NCBI GenBank assembly: GCA_963662315.1
Contig: OY759353.1
Span: 2,816,001-2,880,000 of the forward strand
DNA length: 64,000 nucleotides
Reading direction: 5' to 3'
Source: Geopsychrobacteraceae bacterium
GTDB lineage: Bacteria; Desulfobacterota; Desulfuromonadia; Desulfuromonadales; Geopsychrobacteraceae
Positions 39,256-49,322 of the stretch are shown piece by piece. The notes under the pieces are model-generated. The model was not told the DNA's origin, did no database searches, and saw nothing but the letters and a program-made list of their open reading frames with translations. The first letter of the stretch is position 1. Every line of letters begins with the position of its first letter. The position numbers and the translations under genes are program-made.

Positions 39256-39367
39256 AGCGCATCAACCGGAAGGAATGGAGCCAGGCTAAATTTGCAAGAG
39301 TTCAACTAATTTGAAACGCATGACCATCACTGGTTATGCAGAACCATTAGCCACCGGGAAAATAACT

Positions 39368-39958
39368 ATGGATAATTTACTTCTGAATTTATTGTCTGAG
39401 CTTGAGCAATTTGGCCTATCAAATGATCAATTAACCAGCACCCGTTCGAAACGAATGTTAAATATCACTCGTGACACTGGTGAGTTCTTATCGGTTCTCG
39501 TTCGTGCTACAAATTCTCAGCGGGTATTAGAAATAGGAACATCAAATAGTTATTCTACTCTTTGGCTTGCAGATGCCTGCTCCGCCATTGGTGGAAGAGT
39601 CAACACTGTCGAGCTCTCTGAGCACAAATTCAATCTGGCCGCACAAAATTTCCAACGCAGCAATCTATCTTCAGTAATTGAACAGGTTCACGGTGACGCC
39701 GGCGATCTCCTTTCCGAAGCAAAAAATTGCAGCTATGACTTCATTTTTCTCGATTCTGAAAGACCAGAATATCCAGGCTGGTGGCCCGATTTAAAACGAG
39801 TCATTCGGCCGGGCGGGTTACTTGTTGTTGACAATGCCATCTCACACTCAGATGAAATGACACCATTTATTGCACTTGTAGAATCAGACCCAGACTTCAC
39901 AACAAGTTTAGTCCCTGTTGGCAAGGGAGAATATCTTGCTACACGTTCAACGCGCTAA
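39368..39958 (+). CDS. class I SAM-dependent O-methyltransferase
   Basis: VLEIGTS, DFIFLDSER and GGLLVVDN motifs. Confidence 0.9.
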   Translation: MDNLLLNLLSELEQFGLSNDQLTSTRSKRMLNITRDTGEFLSVLVRATNSQRVLEIGTSNSYSTLWLADACSAIGGRVNTVELSEHKFNLAAQNFQRSNLSSVIEQVHGDAGDLLSEAKNCSYDFIFLDSERPEYPGWWPDLKRVIRPGGLLVVDNAISHSDEMTPFIALVESDPDFTTSLVPVGKGEYLATRSTR

Positions 39959-40127
39959 AAGCAACTACACAGCAAGCCGGTTTCGGATTTGGCCAGAGGT
40001 GGCCTCAGTTGGCTGGACAGGACAACGGATGTATACTTATGCCGAGCAAAGAGTTGTAAACTTCGGTGCGAACCATAAGAGGTACATCGCCACCGAGTAT
40101 TCGGCCGGGCGGAAGGAGAAATGAACG

Positions 40128-41012
40128 GTGGTCGAGACGTTTCATATAACGAGTGGCGACATAGCCGGAGGGAGTCTTGAAAAATCCGGGCTGCCCGGTG
40201 AAGTATTCGTCTGGCACGACATCCTTTATGATGGTCCCCGGTGTCCTGGTTGGCCCGACGAAAAGACCTTCAATGCCCGGGCGGTTTTTCTAGAAGAAAC
40301 CACCGCAGGCGGTTTGGACAGACAGCGCGTGCTAGAAACACTTGGCAATCAGTACCACAAGTTGGCACAAGCAGCGAAGAACAAACATATCGTCCTGTGG
40401 TTTGACGCGTGTTTGTTTGATCAGTCCATGCTTGCCCATATCCTTACATGCCTGAAGCTCCAAGGTGCTCGAAAAGTGGAGTTTCTCTGTGTTGACGCAT
40501 TCCCTGGCATCGAGCCATTCCACGGACTCGGTCAGTTACAGCCCGCGCAACTGGCTTCTTTGTATGGCAAGCGTCGCCTTGTCACCGAAACTCAGTTCCA
40601 ATTCGCCGTTCGGGTCGACGAGGCCTTCGCTACCCAGGACTCGACCGCGTTGACGGAACTCTCCAAGACAACCAACGCTCCATTGCCTTGGATTCCTGCC
40701 GCCGTCGCCCGTTGGCTGCAGGAACGTCCTGGTCCTGTCTCTGGGTTGGGGAGGCTTGAAGAACTCGCACTGACAGCAATTCAAGCCGGATGCGAAACGC
40801 CAAGCAAAATCTTCACTTCCGTAGCTGCTGCCGACACCCCGCCCCAGTTTTGGGGAGATATAACTCTTTGGGCAAAGATCAATGCGCTCGCGGCACATGA
40901 GCCTCCATTGGTGAGGATCGATGGCCCGAAGGACCGGTTGCCTCAATGGGAAAGTACGGTTCCTCTAAATGCCTTTACAATTAAAGCATTGTCGACCCAG
41001 GGCTTTGAGTAG
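40128..41012 (+). CDS. DUF1835-like protein
   Basis: 'HITSGD', 'WHDILYDGP' and 'LWFDACLFDQ' motifs. Confidence 0.7.
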   Translation: MVETFHITSGDIAGGSLEKSGLPGEVFVWHDILYDGPRCPGWPDEKTFNARAVFLEETTAGGLDRQRVLETLGNQYHKLAQAAKNKHIVLWFDACLFDQSMLAHILTCLKLQGARKVEFLCVDAFPGIEPFHGLGQLQPAQLASLYGKRRLVTETQFQFAVRVDEAFATQDSTALTELSKTTNAPLPWIPAAVARWLQERPGPVSGLGRLEELALTAIQAGCETPSKIFTSVAAADTPPQFWGDITLWAKINALAAHEPPLVRIDGPKDRLPQWESTVPLNAFTIKALSTQGFE

Positions 41013-41079
41013 AACGCGCAGATCATTGTCAATCTGCATGATGGCACGTGTCTCGTCGAGAATAAATTGAGGATAATAA

Positions 41080-41458
41080 ATGCCTGCTCAAGATAAAATC
41101 ATGAAAAATGTCCTCCTTGTTGGGGCAAGCAGAGGTGGAGTCGCTTCCATAAAAATCGCAGCGCCATACCGAGAACAGTTGTATCGTTGGTGTCGTGGCT
41201 GTCTCAGTTCCTATTGAATATGAAGGAACTGTCTTTTACAGCAAAGAGGAATTGAGCAGTATTAAAATTCCTAAGCTTTTGATTAATTCGGAACGTGATG
41301 ATGGGGCAAACGACACACGAAAAATGTTCAAACTATTTGAAACTCCCAAAGACCTGCTATTCTACCCAGGAGATGCCCACGGCACAGAGCTTTTTGAGCA
41401 AAAAGATACAGGATTTCACAAGGGCTGCGTTTGGAACAGCACGCGATTAATTCAATGA
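41080..41458 (+). pseudogene. fragmentary alpha/beta hydrolase
   Basis: 'LVGASRGG' (about 41115) is out of frame with 'IPKLLINSERD...AHGTELF'. Confidence 0.5.
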
Positions 41459-41474
41459 GAACCAGGAGCAATCT

Positions 41475-42098
41475 ATGAATTTTGGCATTCTTGTCTTTGA
41501 TCAGGTCGAGGAACTTGATTTTGTGGGCCCGTGGGAAATGCTTACCATGTGGAAAAAAAATGCCAACGGCCCGGAAAACTGCATTATTGTCAGTGAAACA
41601 CAAGAACCAGTCCTATGTGCAAAAGGGTTGTCGATCAATCCTCATGCATCGTTTGCTTCTTGTCCTGCTCTTGACTATTTACTCGTTCCGGGAGGGCAAG
41701 GAACACGCACGGAAGTGAACAACCCGGTACTCGTTGATTTTGTTACCAAACAAGCAAAGCATTGCAAGGCGGTACTATCGGTGTGCACCGGTTCTTTTGT
41801 GCTGCATGCAGCCGGCCTTTTGTCTGGCAAAAAAGCAACAACTCACTGGGGGTCTTTAGATCGGCTACGAGCGCTTGGTGACGTAACGGTTGTTGAACAA
41901 CGCTACGTTCAAGACGGAAACATATGGTCTTCCGCCGGGATTTCCTCTGGCACCGATTTAATGCTCGCATTTATCGCAAGTGTCGCCGGAGAAACCGCCG
42001 CAGGAAAAGTACAGTTTGCCGCAGAATATTATCCCTCTTCGGCCAGGTACGGCGGCTTTGAGAACCATGAGCAAGCACCTGCATATATAAAAAACTGA
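41475..42098 (+). CDS. DJ-1/PfpI family protein
   Basis: EELDFVGPWE, LVPGG, SVCTG, ATTHW and SSAGISSG motifs. Confidence 0.9.
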   Translation: MNFGILVFDQVEELDFVGPWEMLTMWKKNANGPENCIIVSETQEPVLCAKGLSINPHASFASCPALDYLLVPGGQGTRTEVNNPVLVDFVTKQAKHCKAVLSVCTGSFVLHAAGLLSGKKATTHWGSLDRLRALGDVTVVEQRYVQDGNIWSSAGISSGTDLMLAFIASVAGETAAGKVQFAAEYYPSSARYGGFENHEQAPAYIKN

Positions 42099-42213
42099 CC
42101 ATCAAATCGGTAGGAAAGCATCTGTGTACAAGAGTCTGGAATTGCGATGTTTGCTAAAGAGCCTAAGATCAAGTGCAAATGTCTCTGACAAAACATGAAA
42201 AGAAACCCGGCAT

Positions 42214-42627
42214 ATGAATCCTGAACTGATCAGAACAATTGTCACCGTCATCCTGTCCTTTATCCCCTTTGTCCTGGTGGGAGGGTGGCTTATTTACCGC
42301 CAGTCAAAGTCAGGATCGTCCCTGATTAGACACCGCAGGGGTGTTCAAAGAAGAATCAAGGTCGGCGACACAATCTACAGTGTGAAACAAAAATCGCGCA
42401 TTGTCGCCATTGAAAAGAAAAGCGGCAAAGAGGTTATCGTCACAACCTGTGGCTTTGAAAACGAACAACAGCAATTGGAAGGTGACATCAAGGACCTCCC
42501 TGAAGGCGTTAAAGTGCGCTACAAGTTGGACAATGGCATTTTTTCCCCCGCAGAATCGGACTGGCTGGCAGGTGATAATTTTGAATTTTCAGGCGTAACC
42601 CAGGTGGAAGAATATGAACAGCAATAG
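42214..42627 (+). CDS. membrane-anchored hypothetical protein
   Basis: 137 aa with an N-terminal TM. Confidence 0.65.
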   Translation: MNPELIRTIVTVILSFIPFVLVGGWLIYRQSKSGSSLIRHRRGVQRRIKVGDTIYSVKQKSRIVAIEKKSGKEVIVTTCGFENEQQQLEGDIKDLPEGVKVRYKLDNGIFSPAESDWLAGDNFEFSGVTQVEEYEQQ

Positions 42628-42652
42628 CTCCATTGCAACATAGGAAAAAGAA

Positions 42653-43252
42653 ATGAATATTTCATTGATCCTGGCGCATCCGGACACAGGAAGTCTGAAT
42701 GCGGCAATAGCCAAACATTGTCTTGACACCCTTAACGCGAACGGCCACTCGGTTTACTTTCACGACCTGTACTCCGAGCATTTCAATGCTATCCTACCCG
42801 CTCATGAAATCCCCAGAGCAGCTGAATTACCAGAAGAGCTGAGGCAGCATTGTGCCGAAATTGCCTTTGCCGATGGCATTATTATTGTTCATCCCAACTG
42901 GTGGGGGCAGCCTCCTGCTATTTTGAAAGGTTGGGTCGACAGAGTCCTGCGCCCCGGTGTCGCCTATGAATTTGTCAAAGGGCAGGAAGGCACAACAACT
43001 CCGGTTGGCTTGTTAAAAGCACAATCAGCCCTGATTTTCAACACATCCAGTTCCGGGACTGACAGTGACTCAGAGGCATCTCAAGATCCTCTGGAAATCA
43101 TTTGGAAAACTTCTATTTTCAAGCTTTGTGGGGTCACTGATTGTTATCGCAAGATCTTCAATATCGCCAAAAATAGTGATCGGCAATGTCATGACCTGCT
43201 TGCTGAAGTTTCGAAAACTGTAAACAGGTATTATCCTGCGCAAGAAGGATGA
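42653..43252 (+). CDS. NAD(P)H dehydrogenase (quinone), flavodoxin-like fold
   Basis: AHP..S.N, DLY and PNWWGQPPAILKGWVDRV motifs. Confidence 0.9.
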   Translation: MNISLILAHPDTGSLNAAIAKHCLDTLNANGHSVYFHDLYSEHFNAILPAHEIPRAAELPEELRQHCAEIAFADGIIIVHPNWWGQPPAILKGWVDRVLRPGVAYEFVKGQEGTTTPVGLLKAQSALIFNTSSSGTDSDSEASQDPLEIIWKTSIFKLCGVTDCYRKIFNIAKNSDRQCHDLLAEVSKTVNRYYPAQEG

Positions 43253-43743
43253 TCAATGATACAAACTGGTTAAAAACCACCGGTCCCCCTCATCTTCTGA
43301 CCACACAGCAAAAATCGACTCCCAATAACCAGTGAAACTGATATAGTCCCCCTTCACTAAAAATTTCCGATCTTTACAGCAGTAGGATTCTTTATAAAAA
43401 ATAAGAGGTTATCCGCACAAAAAGACTTGTCTGTCATACCAAAAAGTGGTAATACCTGTCGTTCATTTGGGCTGCGATGCCCTTATTTCAATGACGATTT
43501 GTTGTAACTGGATATTTGTGAAGCCTGTCTATTCAATCGCTCCTTCCCGCAAGTCATTACCGTCAATACTTTTTGTAGACCACTTCAAACATCAGATTAT
43601 TCAGATATAGCCAATATCAGGCAACAAGAGCGACAGGGGCCTGCCACTGGAACCATCCCCCTGGAACAATAAGAGCGGCACTCAACAGGTGCCAACAGTG
43701 AATACTTTTATTTAAGTCAAATCGAGGAAAAGGAGTCTTGCTT

Positions 43744-44313
43744 ATGTCTCATGGTACATCCCAGGGGAATCCCGCCGTTGTCGGTCTTGCTGGCTTTGGT
43801 ATTACTACTCTTTTGCTGCAGTTCCACAATGTCGGTTGGTGCGAAATCGGACCGGTTGTCGCGCTGGCATTTATCTATGGTGGCCTTGCTCAGCTGATCG
43901 CCGGTTTTCAGGAATTCAAATGCGGCAACAATTTCGGCTATAGTGCCTTTGTTTCTTACGGAGCCTTCTGGATTGGTCTTGGGATTATTTTCCTGCTTAA
44001 CCACTTCAACATCTATCGTTCCAGTGGTACCGATCTCGGTTGGTACTTGGTCGGCTTTACCGTTTACACAGCAATCATGTGGATTCCGTCCATGCGCATC
44101 AGTGGTGCTATGGGCCTGACCTTTACCCTGCTGCTGATCGGTTTCATCCTGCTTGACCTCGCTCATTTCGGTCACCACGAGTTGACCGTTGTTGCCGGTT
44201 ATGAACTGATGGTCTGTGCTGCTTCAGCTCTTTACATGATGGCCAGCGCTATTTACGCCCAGATCTTCGGCCGTAACGTTCTGCCATTAGGAAAACCTTG
44301 GATCAAGGGTTGA
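43744..44313 (+). CDS. satP: acetate uptake transporter (GPR1/FUN34/YaaH)
   Basis: NPAVVGLAGFG, YGGLAQ and SYGAFW motifs. Confidence 0.88.
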   Translation: MSHGTSQGNPAVVGLAGFGITTLLLQFHNVGWCEIGPVVALAFIYGGLAQLIAGFQEFKCGNNFGYSAFVSYGAFWIGLGIIFLLNHFNIYRSSGTDLGWYLVGFTVYTAIMWIPSMRISGAMGLTFTLLLIGFILLDLAHFGHHELTVVAGYELMVCAASALYMMASAIYAQIFGRNVLPLGKPWIKG

Positions 44314-44374
44314 TTGTACCGCTGTAAACCAGTAGAATTATAGGAGTTCCCCAACATCCTAGTGGAGGAAGCCT

Positions 44375-44854
44375 ATGAGAAAAAGCCTGGTCGTTCTGTT
44401 CTGTCTTGTTGTTGGTTTATTTGCTTACACTGCATTTGCCGACGAAACGGCAACCAAGGAAGAATGCGTCATCAAAAGCCATGAAGCTGCCGCACTGATC
44501 AATACACAGGGTGTTGATGCGGCAATCAAGGCAATTTCAGACACAAAAGGCCCGTTTGTCTGGAAAGACTCCTACGTCTTCCTGATGGATCTGAATGGCA
44601 AAATGTTGGCTCACCCGTTCCAACCGGAGCTGACCAAGATGGATCATGTGCTGCTTATGACCGATCCGACGGATAAAGCAATGTTTGTCCACTTTGTAAA
44701 TGTTGCTCGCAAAGTTGGACAAGGCTGGGTTGAATATATGTGGCCAAAACCGGGGAAATCCTCCCCTTCGAAAAAACTGACCTACATCTACAAGGTTCCC
44801 GGACATGATCTGCTGGTGGGAGCCGGGCTGTATGTCGGTGGTATGATGTATTAA
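44375..44854 (+). CDS. periplasmic single Cache domain protein
   Basis: Signal peptide; YVF..D..G.MLAHP and GWVEYMWPKPG motifs. Confidence 0.85.
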   Translation: MRKSLVVLFCLVVGLFAYTAFADETATKEECVIKSHEAAALINTQGVDAAIKAISDTKGPFVWKDSYVFLMDLNGKMLAHPFQPELTKMDHVLLMTDPTDKAMFVHFVNVARKVGQGWVEYMWPKPGKSSPSKKLTYIYKVPGHDLLVGAGLYVGGMMY

Positions 44855-44875
44855 GTATTTAATCTGAATAAGCAA

Positions 44876-44915
44876 ATAAAAGCCGCGGCTATGGAGTTCA
44901 TAGGGCGGCTTTTAT
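44876..44915 (+). terminator. probable intrinsic terminator
   Basis: TAAAAGCCGC...GCGGCTTTTA followed by a T-rich tract. Confidence 0.6.
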
Positions 44916-45043
44916 ATTTTTACGCGTTTCAACTGAATTAATCTCCAATATATCTGGCTGCTATCTGGAAGTTCAGAAACATCAAGTAACGTTTCAGATC
45001 GGAAATGGCCTGTCCCGATAAGTCAAAATGGCGTAGCCATTTT

Positions 45044-45275
45044 TGCGATTCAGGCCTTCAGGCGTGATCTTGGCCGCTGGCCGGCTGGTCATTTGCTGGT
45101 TGCGTCCTGAGACATAACGACACCTGAATATGGACATATTAAGAGAGCAGTTTTTGATTACTTTTTATTGCTCTGGATAAAAAGTAATTCGCCTGCAGGG
45201 GCGAGACCCTGCGAAGTTGGTTGTGACTATTTCAATAAAATCAAAATCTTAAAAGCAAGGTCGTGAGGTCGCGCC
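45044..45275 (+). repeat. diverged partial copy of the structured repeat
   Basis: TGCGATTCAGGCCTTCAGGCG...GGCCGGCTGG...CGCCTGCAGGGGCGAGACCCTGCGAAGTTG matches units at 17490-17665 (reverse) and 31377. Confidence 0.6.
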
Positions 45276-45384
45276 GTTATGCTGCGCATAAACGGACAAC
45301 AAGCAAAGGTGGTAATTGTAACACCTCGGTTTTGTTGTAACTCGCTACTTACTGCTTATCTTATTGATTATTAAAAATTAGAGA

Positions 45385-46344
45385 TCAATTCACCACATTC
45401 ACCGGCTGCCCACCAACAAAAGCAGCAACATTTTCCGCGATCAACTCAATCAGCCGCTGCCTGGTTTCCAGGCGCCGCCAACCGATATGCGGGGTCATGA
45501 TAACGTTGCTCATGCTGAACAGCGGGTTATCCAGTGCCGGAGGTTCCGGGTCTTGAACATCAAGACCGGCTCCGGCAATTCGACCACTCTGCAGCGCATC
45601 GATCAGATCGGCCTCGTTTATGATCGATCCACGCGCGGTATTGATAATAAAGGCACCCGGCTTACACAACCCCAACTTTTCGCGGTTAATGAGATGATGC
45701 GTTTCGCTATTAAGCGGGCAATGGATACTGATAAAATCACTCTGCTTCAGCAACTCATCCACAGAAACTGAGGCAACCCGGCTATCATCCCAATTACGCT
45801 GGGTACGACTGGAAACAAGAACATTCATCCCCAGGGCCAGCGCGACCTTCATGACCTCCTGGCCGATAGCGCCACTGCCGCCGATCAGGCCCAGCGTTTT
45901 ACCACCCACTTCCACATGTGGAACCAGCAGACGCTTGGTAAAATTATCGAAATTTCCATTGCTGATCATTTTCTGCTGCTGGGGCAATGAAGCGCTTAAA
46001 TTAAGGATAAATGTAATTACCAGGTGGGCAACGGCAGCGGTACTGTAACTGGGGATATTGCACACCGAAATACCCTTGGCGCGAGCAGCAGCAATGGCGA
46101 TATTGTTGAACCCGGTCCCTGCCTCACAGATCATTTCGACACTGTCCGGAAACTGCTCGATAATTTTCGCGCTGACCGGCATTTCTTTGGTAATAACAAT
46201 ATTTTGCCCAGCCACACGCTCAAGAATGTCAGCTTCAGCGGTGTCAGAGAAGCTACTGCATTCGACAAGGTTCTCAAGGGAGGTGAGTTTCAATTGCTTG
46301 TCAAAATCGATCCTGTCTATATTCAGAAATACCGCTTTTTTCAT
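45385..46344 (-). CDS. D-2-hydroxyacid dehydrogenase (glycerate dehydrogenase-like)
   Basis: GTGFNNI, SIHCPL, INTARG, GLDV and TPHIGW motifs. Confidence 0.9.
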   Translation of the reverse strand: MKKAVFLNIDRIDFDKQLKLTSLENLVECSSFSDTAEADILERVAGQNIVITKEMPVSAKIIEQFPDSVEMICEAGTGFNNIAIAAARAKGISVCNIPSYSTAAVAHLVITFILNLSASLPQQQKMISNGNFDNFTKRLLVPHVEVGGKTLGLIGGSGAIGQEVMKVALALGMNVLVSSRTQRNWDDSRVASVSVDELLKQSDFISIHCPLNSETHHLINREKLGLCKPGAFIINTARGSIINEADLIDALQSGRIAGAGLDVQDPEPPALDNPLFSMSNVIMTPHIGWRRLETRQRLIELIAENVAAFVGGQPVNVVN

Positions 46345-46586
46345 GGCAGTCTTACCTTTCATAAAAAAATTACAAGTTACCGAAATCCCTAGACTGGCAG
46401 AATAGCAAAGAATCTTTCTGGTTCAAGCATTTATGCCGAAAATGTAAAATTTCTTCCTCTTTGTGCTCTGTAATCATCAGGAATTCAGATATTTGTCGGA
46501 TGCCATGACAATAATCCTAACAATTATCATGGTAAACTGATCATGTTTACTTATCGCTCAACAACGAACCAATACATAGAGTCTTT

Positions 46587-47657
46587 ATGAAATTGACCAA
46601 GAAGCAAGTCGCCAGTATTGAAAAAGCTCTTCTGTTCTGGACTGATCTGCAGTTGCTCGACCAGGAAACTGCAAATCAGTTGCGTAACAGCTATGAAGTC
46701 GTTGGCTTTGACTGGAAACGTCTGGCTAAATATTGTTTCTGGGTTGCCATTATCTGCATTATCACCGCGGTCAGTTCGGTGTTGGCAGATGAGGCGTTGA
46801 TGCGGTTACTCACGCGACTATTTCATGCTCCCGAAACCGTTAAATGTCTGGTCATGACCGGCATTGCCGCCCTGCTCTATTACACTGGCTGGCGCAGGAG
46901 GAAACATCACCCTGAAAAAGTTTTCAGCAGTGAAGCCATATTTTTCCTTGCTGTTGTTGCCACCGCCGGCGCTGTGACGTTTCTGGGGCGGGCAATCGAT
47001 ACCGGGAGTGGTCATTTTTCGTTGCTGATTTTATTGGCAACCATTATTTATGCCGTTCTGGGACTCTGGTTTCCGTCACAGCTGGTCTGGATTTTTGCCC
47101 TGCTCTCCCTGGGGAGCTGGATGGGAACTGAGACTGGCTACATTTCCGGATGGGGCGCTTATTATCTCGGGATGAACTTTCCTTTAAGGTTTGTTCTGTT
47201 TGGCCTGGTATTGACTGCGGTAAGCGGTCTTTTTACACACTGGCCGAGTCGCTGCAGTTTTGCTAAAACAACCCGTATTATTGCACTGTTGAACCTGTTT
47301 ATCGCGTTGTGGATCATGTCAATCTTTGGCAATTACGGTGACATGTATGCCTGGCAACAGGCCAGACAGATCGAACTATTCCATTGGTCCGTTTTATTTG
47401 GCGCTGCAGCAGTTATTGCCATTTACTTCGGCATTAAAGAGGACGATAGCGTCTCCAGAGGCTTTGGCCTGACCTTCCTGTTCATTAACCTGTACACCCG
47501 TTTCTTTGAATATTTCTGGGACTCTACCCATAAAGCGATCTTTTTTAGTCTGTTAGCTGTCAGTTTCTGGTATTTTGGCTCGCGTGCCGAAAAAATATGG
47601 AATTTTGGCGACAGACAACAACACCAATCAAACTCTCATAATCGGACGGGTTTATGA
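46587..47657 (+). CDS. polytopic membrane protein (DUF2157-like)
   Basis: Multiple TM helices; 'INLYTRFFEYFWD'. Confidence 0.7.
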   Translation: MKLTKKQVASIEKALLFWTDLQLLDQETANQLRNSYEVVGFDWKRLAKYCFWVAIICIITAVSSVLADEALMRLLTRLFHAPETVKCLVMTGIAALLYYTGWRRRKHHPEKVFSSEAIFFLAVVATAGAVTFLGRAIDTGSGHFSLLILLATIIYAVLGLWFPSQLVWIFALLSLGSWMGTETGYISGWGAYYLGMNFPLRFVLFGLVLTAVSGLFTHWPSRCSFAKTTRIIALLNLFIALWIMSIFGNYGDMYAWQQARQIELFHWSVLFGAAAVIAIYFGIKEDDSVSRGFGLTFLFINLYTRFFEYFWDSTHKAIFFSLLAVSFWYFGSRAEKIWNFGDRQQHQSNSHNRTGL

Positions 47658-48076
47658 AAAATAAGTTGATTTTCAACCTTCTGGCTGTCTGTTGCGGACT
47701 ATTCATCCTGGCATCACCGGTTACAGCCAATCAGGAGCAGGCGGCGATAGAAGCAGCCGAACACTTCCTGTTTCTGATTGATAATGGCCACTACGCACAA
47801 AGTTGGGAAGAAGCGGCTGATTTTTTTAAGCAGCAGGTTCCAAAACAGGAATGGATCAGGCAAATCAGTTCGTTGCGGCCCGCTTTTGGCCGCCCGGTAA
47901 AAAGAAAGGTTCAGTTCAAAAATACTGCTCAAAAGCTCAGGGGCGCGCCGGACGGCGACTACCTGATTATTCAATACGCCACGTCCTTCAGTGCCAAACA
48001 GCAAGCGATGGAAACTGTCACACCGGTGCTTGAGAAAGATGGCCAGTGGCGGGTCGTTGGCTATTATATCCGTTAG
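47654..48076 (+). CDS. DUF4019 periplasmic protein
   Basis: Signal peptide; 'GAPDGDY' and 'ETVTP..EKDGQWRVVGYYIR' motifs. Confidence 0.85.
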   Translation: MKNKLIFNLLAVCCGLFILASPVTANQEQAAIEAAEHFLFLIDNGHYAQSWEEAADFFKQQVPKQEWIRQISSLRPAFGRPVKRKVQFKNTAQKLRGAPDGDYLIIQYATSFSAKQQAMETVTPVLEKDGQWRVVGYYIR

Positions 48077-48268
48077 GCACCATATATGCGGATTTTCGCC
48101 TCAGCAGCAATTTTCACCGGCAACAGATCAGCTCCTTCATGTTAATGCAGCTAATTCCTGAAAATATGCTTATTCCCTTCTTATCTGCTAAACTTTAAGC
48201 CTCTAATCTGAGAACAGGATGCTGCAGGTATTCTGGAATACATAGTGCCTGGCGAAAGGAGATAACCG

Positions 48269-49285
48269 TTGTCAGAAGATCTCATTCAACAGGTTTCCCC
48301 TCTTAGCTTCACCTGGGAAACCAGTGACCCATTTCTATTTTGCGCTCACCATAAAGATCACTATCCTGCCGGCAATGGACTTGGCGGACCACAGGCTTCG
48401 TTGTCTGGCAGAAATTTGGGATACGATTTCACCCTGAAAGATGGCTGGCGCATGTACCATGGGTCCCGGATTCCAGGATTTCCGGTCCACCCCCACCGCG
48501 GGTTCGAAACCGTGACCATCGTACTTAACGGTTTTGTTGACCACTCCGATTCCCATGGATCTGCCGGTCGTTACGGTGACGGCGATGTCCAGTGGATGAC
48601 TGCCGGTTCAGGTCTGCAGCATGCGGAGATGTTTCCGCTGCTTCATCAGGATAAAGACAATCCTCTGGAATTATTTCAAGTCTGGCTCAATCTGCCCAAA
48701 ACCAAAAAGTTTGCAGATCCTTATTATGCGATGTTCTGGGCGGAGGATATCCCTTGTCACCGCAGCAGAGACGATCAAGATAAAGCGATTGAAGTCCGCA
48801 TTATCGCTGGCCACCTCGGAGCGATTCAAGCTTTGCCTCCAGGACCCGATTCGTGGGCTTCTGATCCTGACAACGGGGTTGCTATCTGGCTCATCAAACT
48901 TACCGAGGGAGCCCATTGGACCCTACCGGCAGCAACAACCCCGGTGAATCGATCCCTATATTATTACCGCGGAGCAGGCTTAAAAATTGCCAGCCAAACA
49001 ATACCATCATTTCATCGCGTACAGCTGCTTGAATCACGGGAAGCCCAACTGGAAAACGGCAGAGAGGACAGTTACCTGCTATTACTGCAAGGTCGTCCGA
49101 TCGGTGAACCGGTCACACAACATGGCCCTTTTGTAATGAACACGACTGAAGAAATCCAGCAGGCTATTAATGATTATCAGGCAACCCGGTTTGGCGGTTG
49201 GCCCTGGCCGGATCAGGAGCAGGTCCATCCCCTTGAAAAAGGGCGCTTTGCCCGCTACGCCAATGGCCATGTAGAAACGAAATAA
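48269..49285 (+). CDS. pirin family protein
   Basis: HPHRGFETVT, VQWMTAGSGLQHAE and GPFVMN motifs. Confidence 0.95.
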   Translation: MSEDLIQQVSPLSFTWETSDPFLFCAHHKDHYPAGNGLGGPQASLSGRNLGYDFTLKDGWRMYHGSRIPGFPVHPHRGFETVTIVLNGFVDHSDSHGSAGRYGDGDVQWMTAGSGLQHAEMFPLLHQDKDNPLELFQVWLNLPKTKKFADPYYAMFWAEDIPCHRSRDDQDKAIEVRIIAGHLGAIQALPPGPDSWASDPDNGVAIWLIKLTEGAHWTLPAATTPVNRSLYYYRGAGLKIASQTIPSFHRVQLLESREAQLENGREDSYLLLLQGRPIGEPVTQHGPFVMNTTEEIQQAINDYQATRFGGWPWPDQEQVHPLEKGRFARYANGHVETK

Positions 49286-49322
49286 TCGCACAGGTAAATT
49301 CGCAAACAAGGAACCAAATCGA

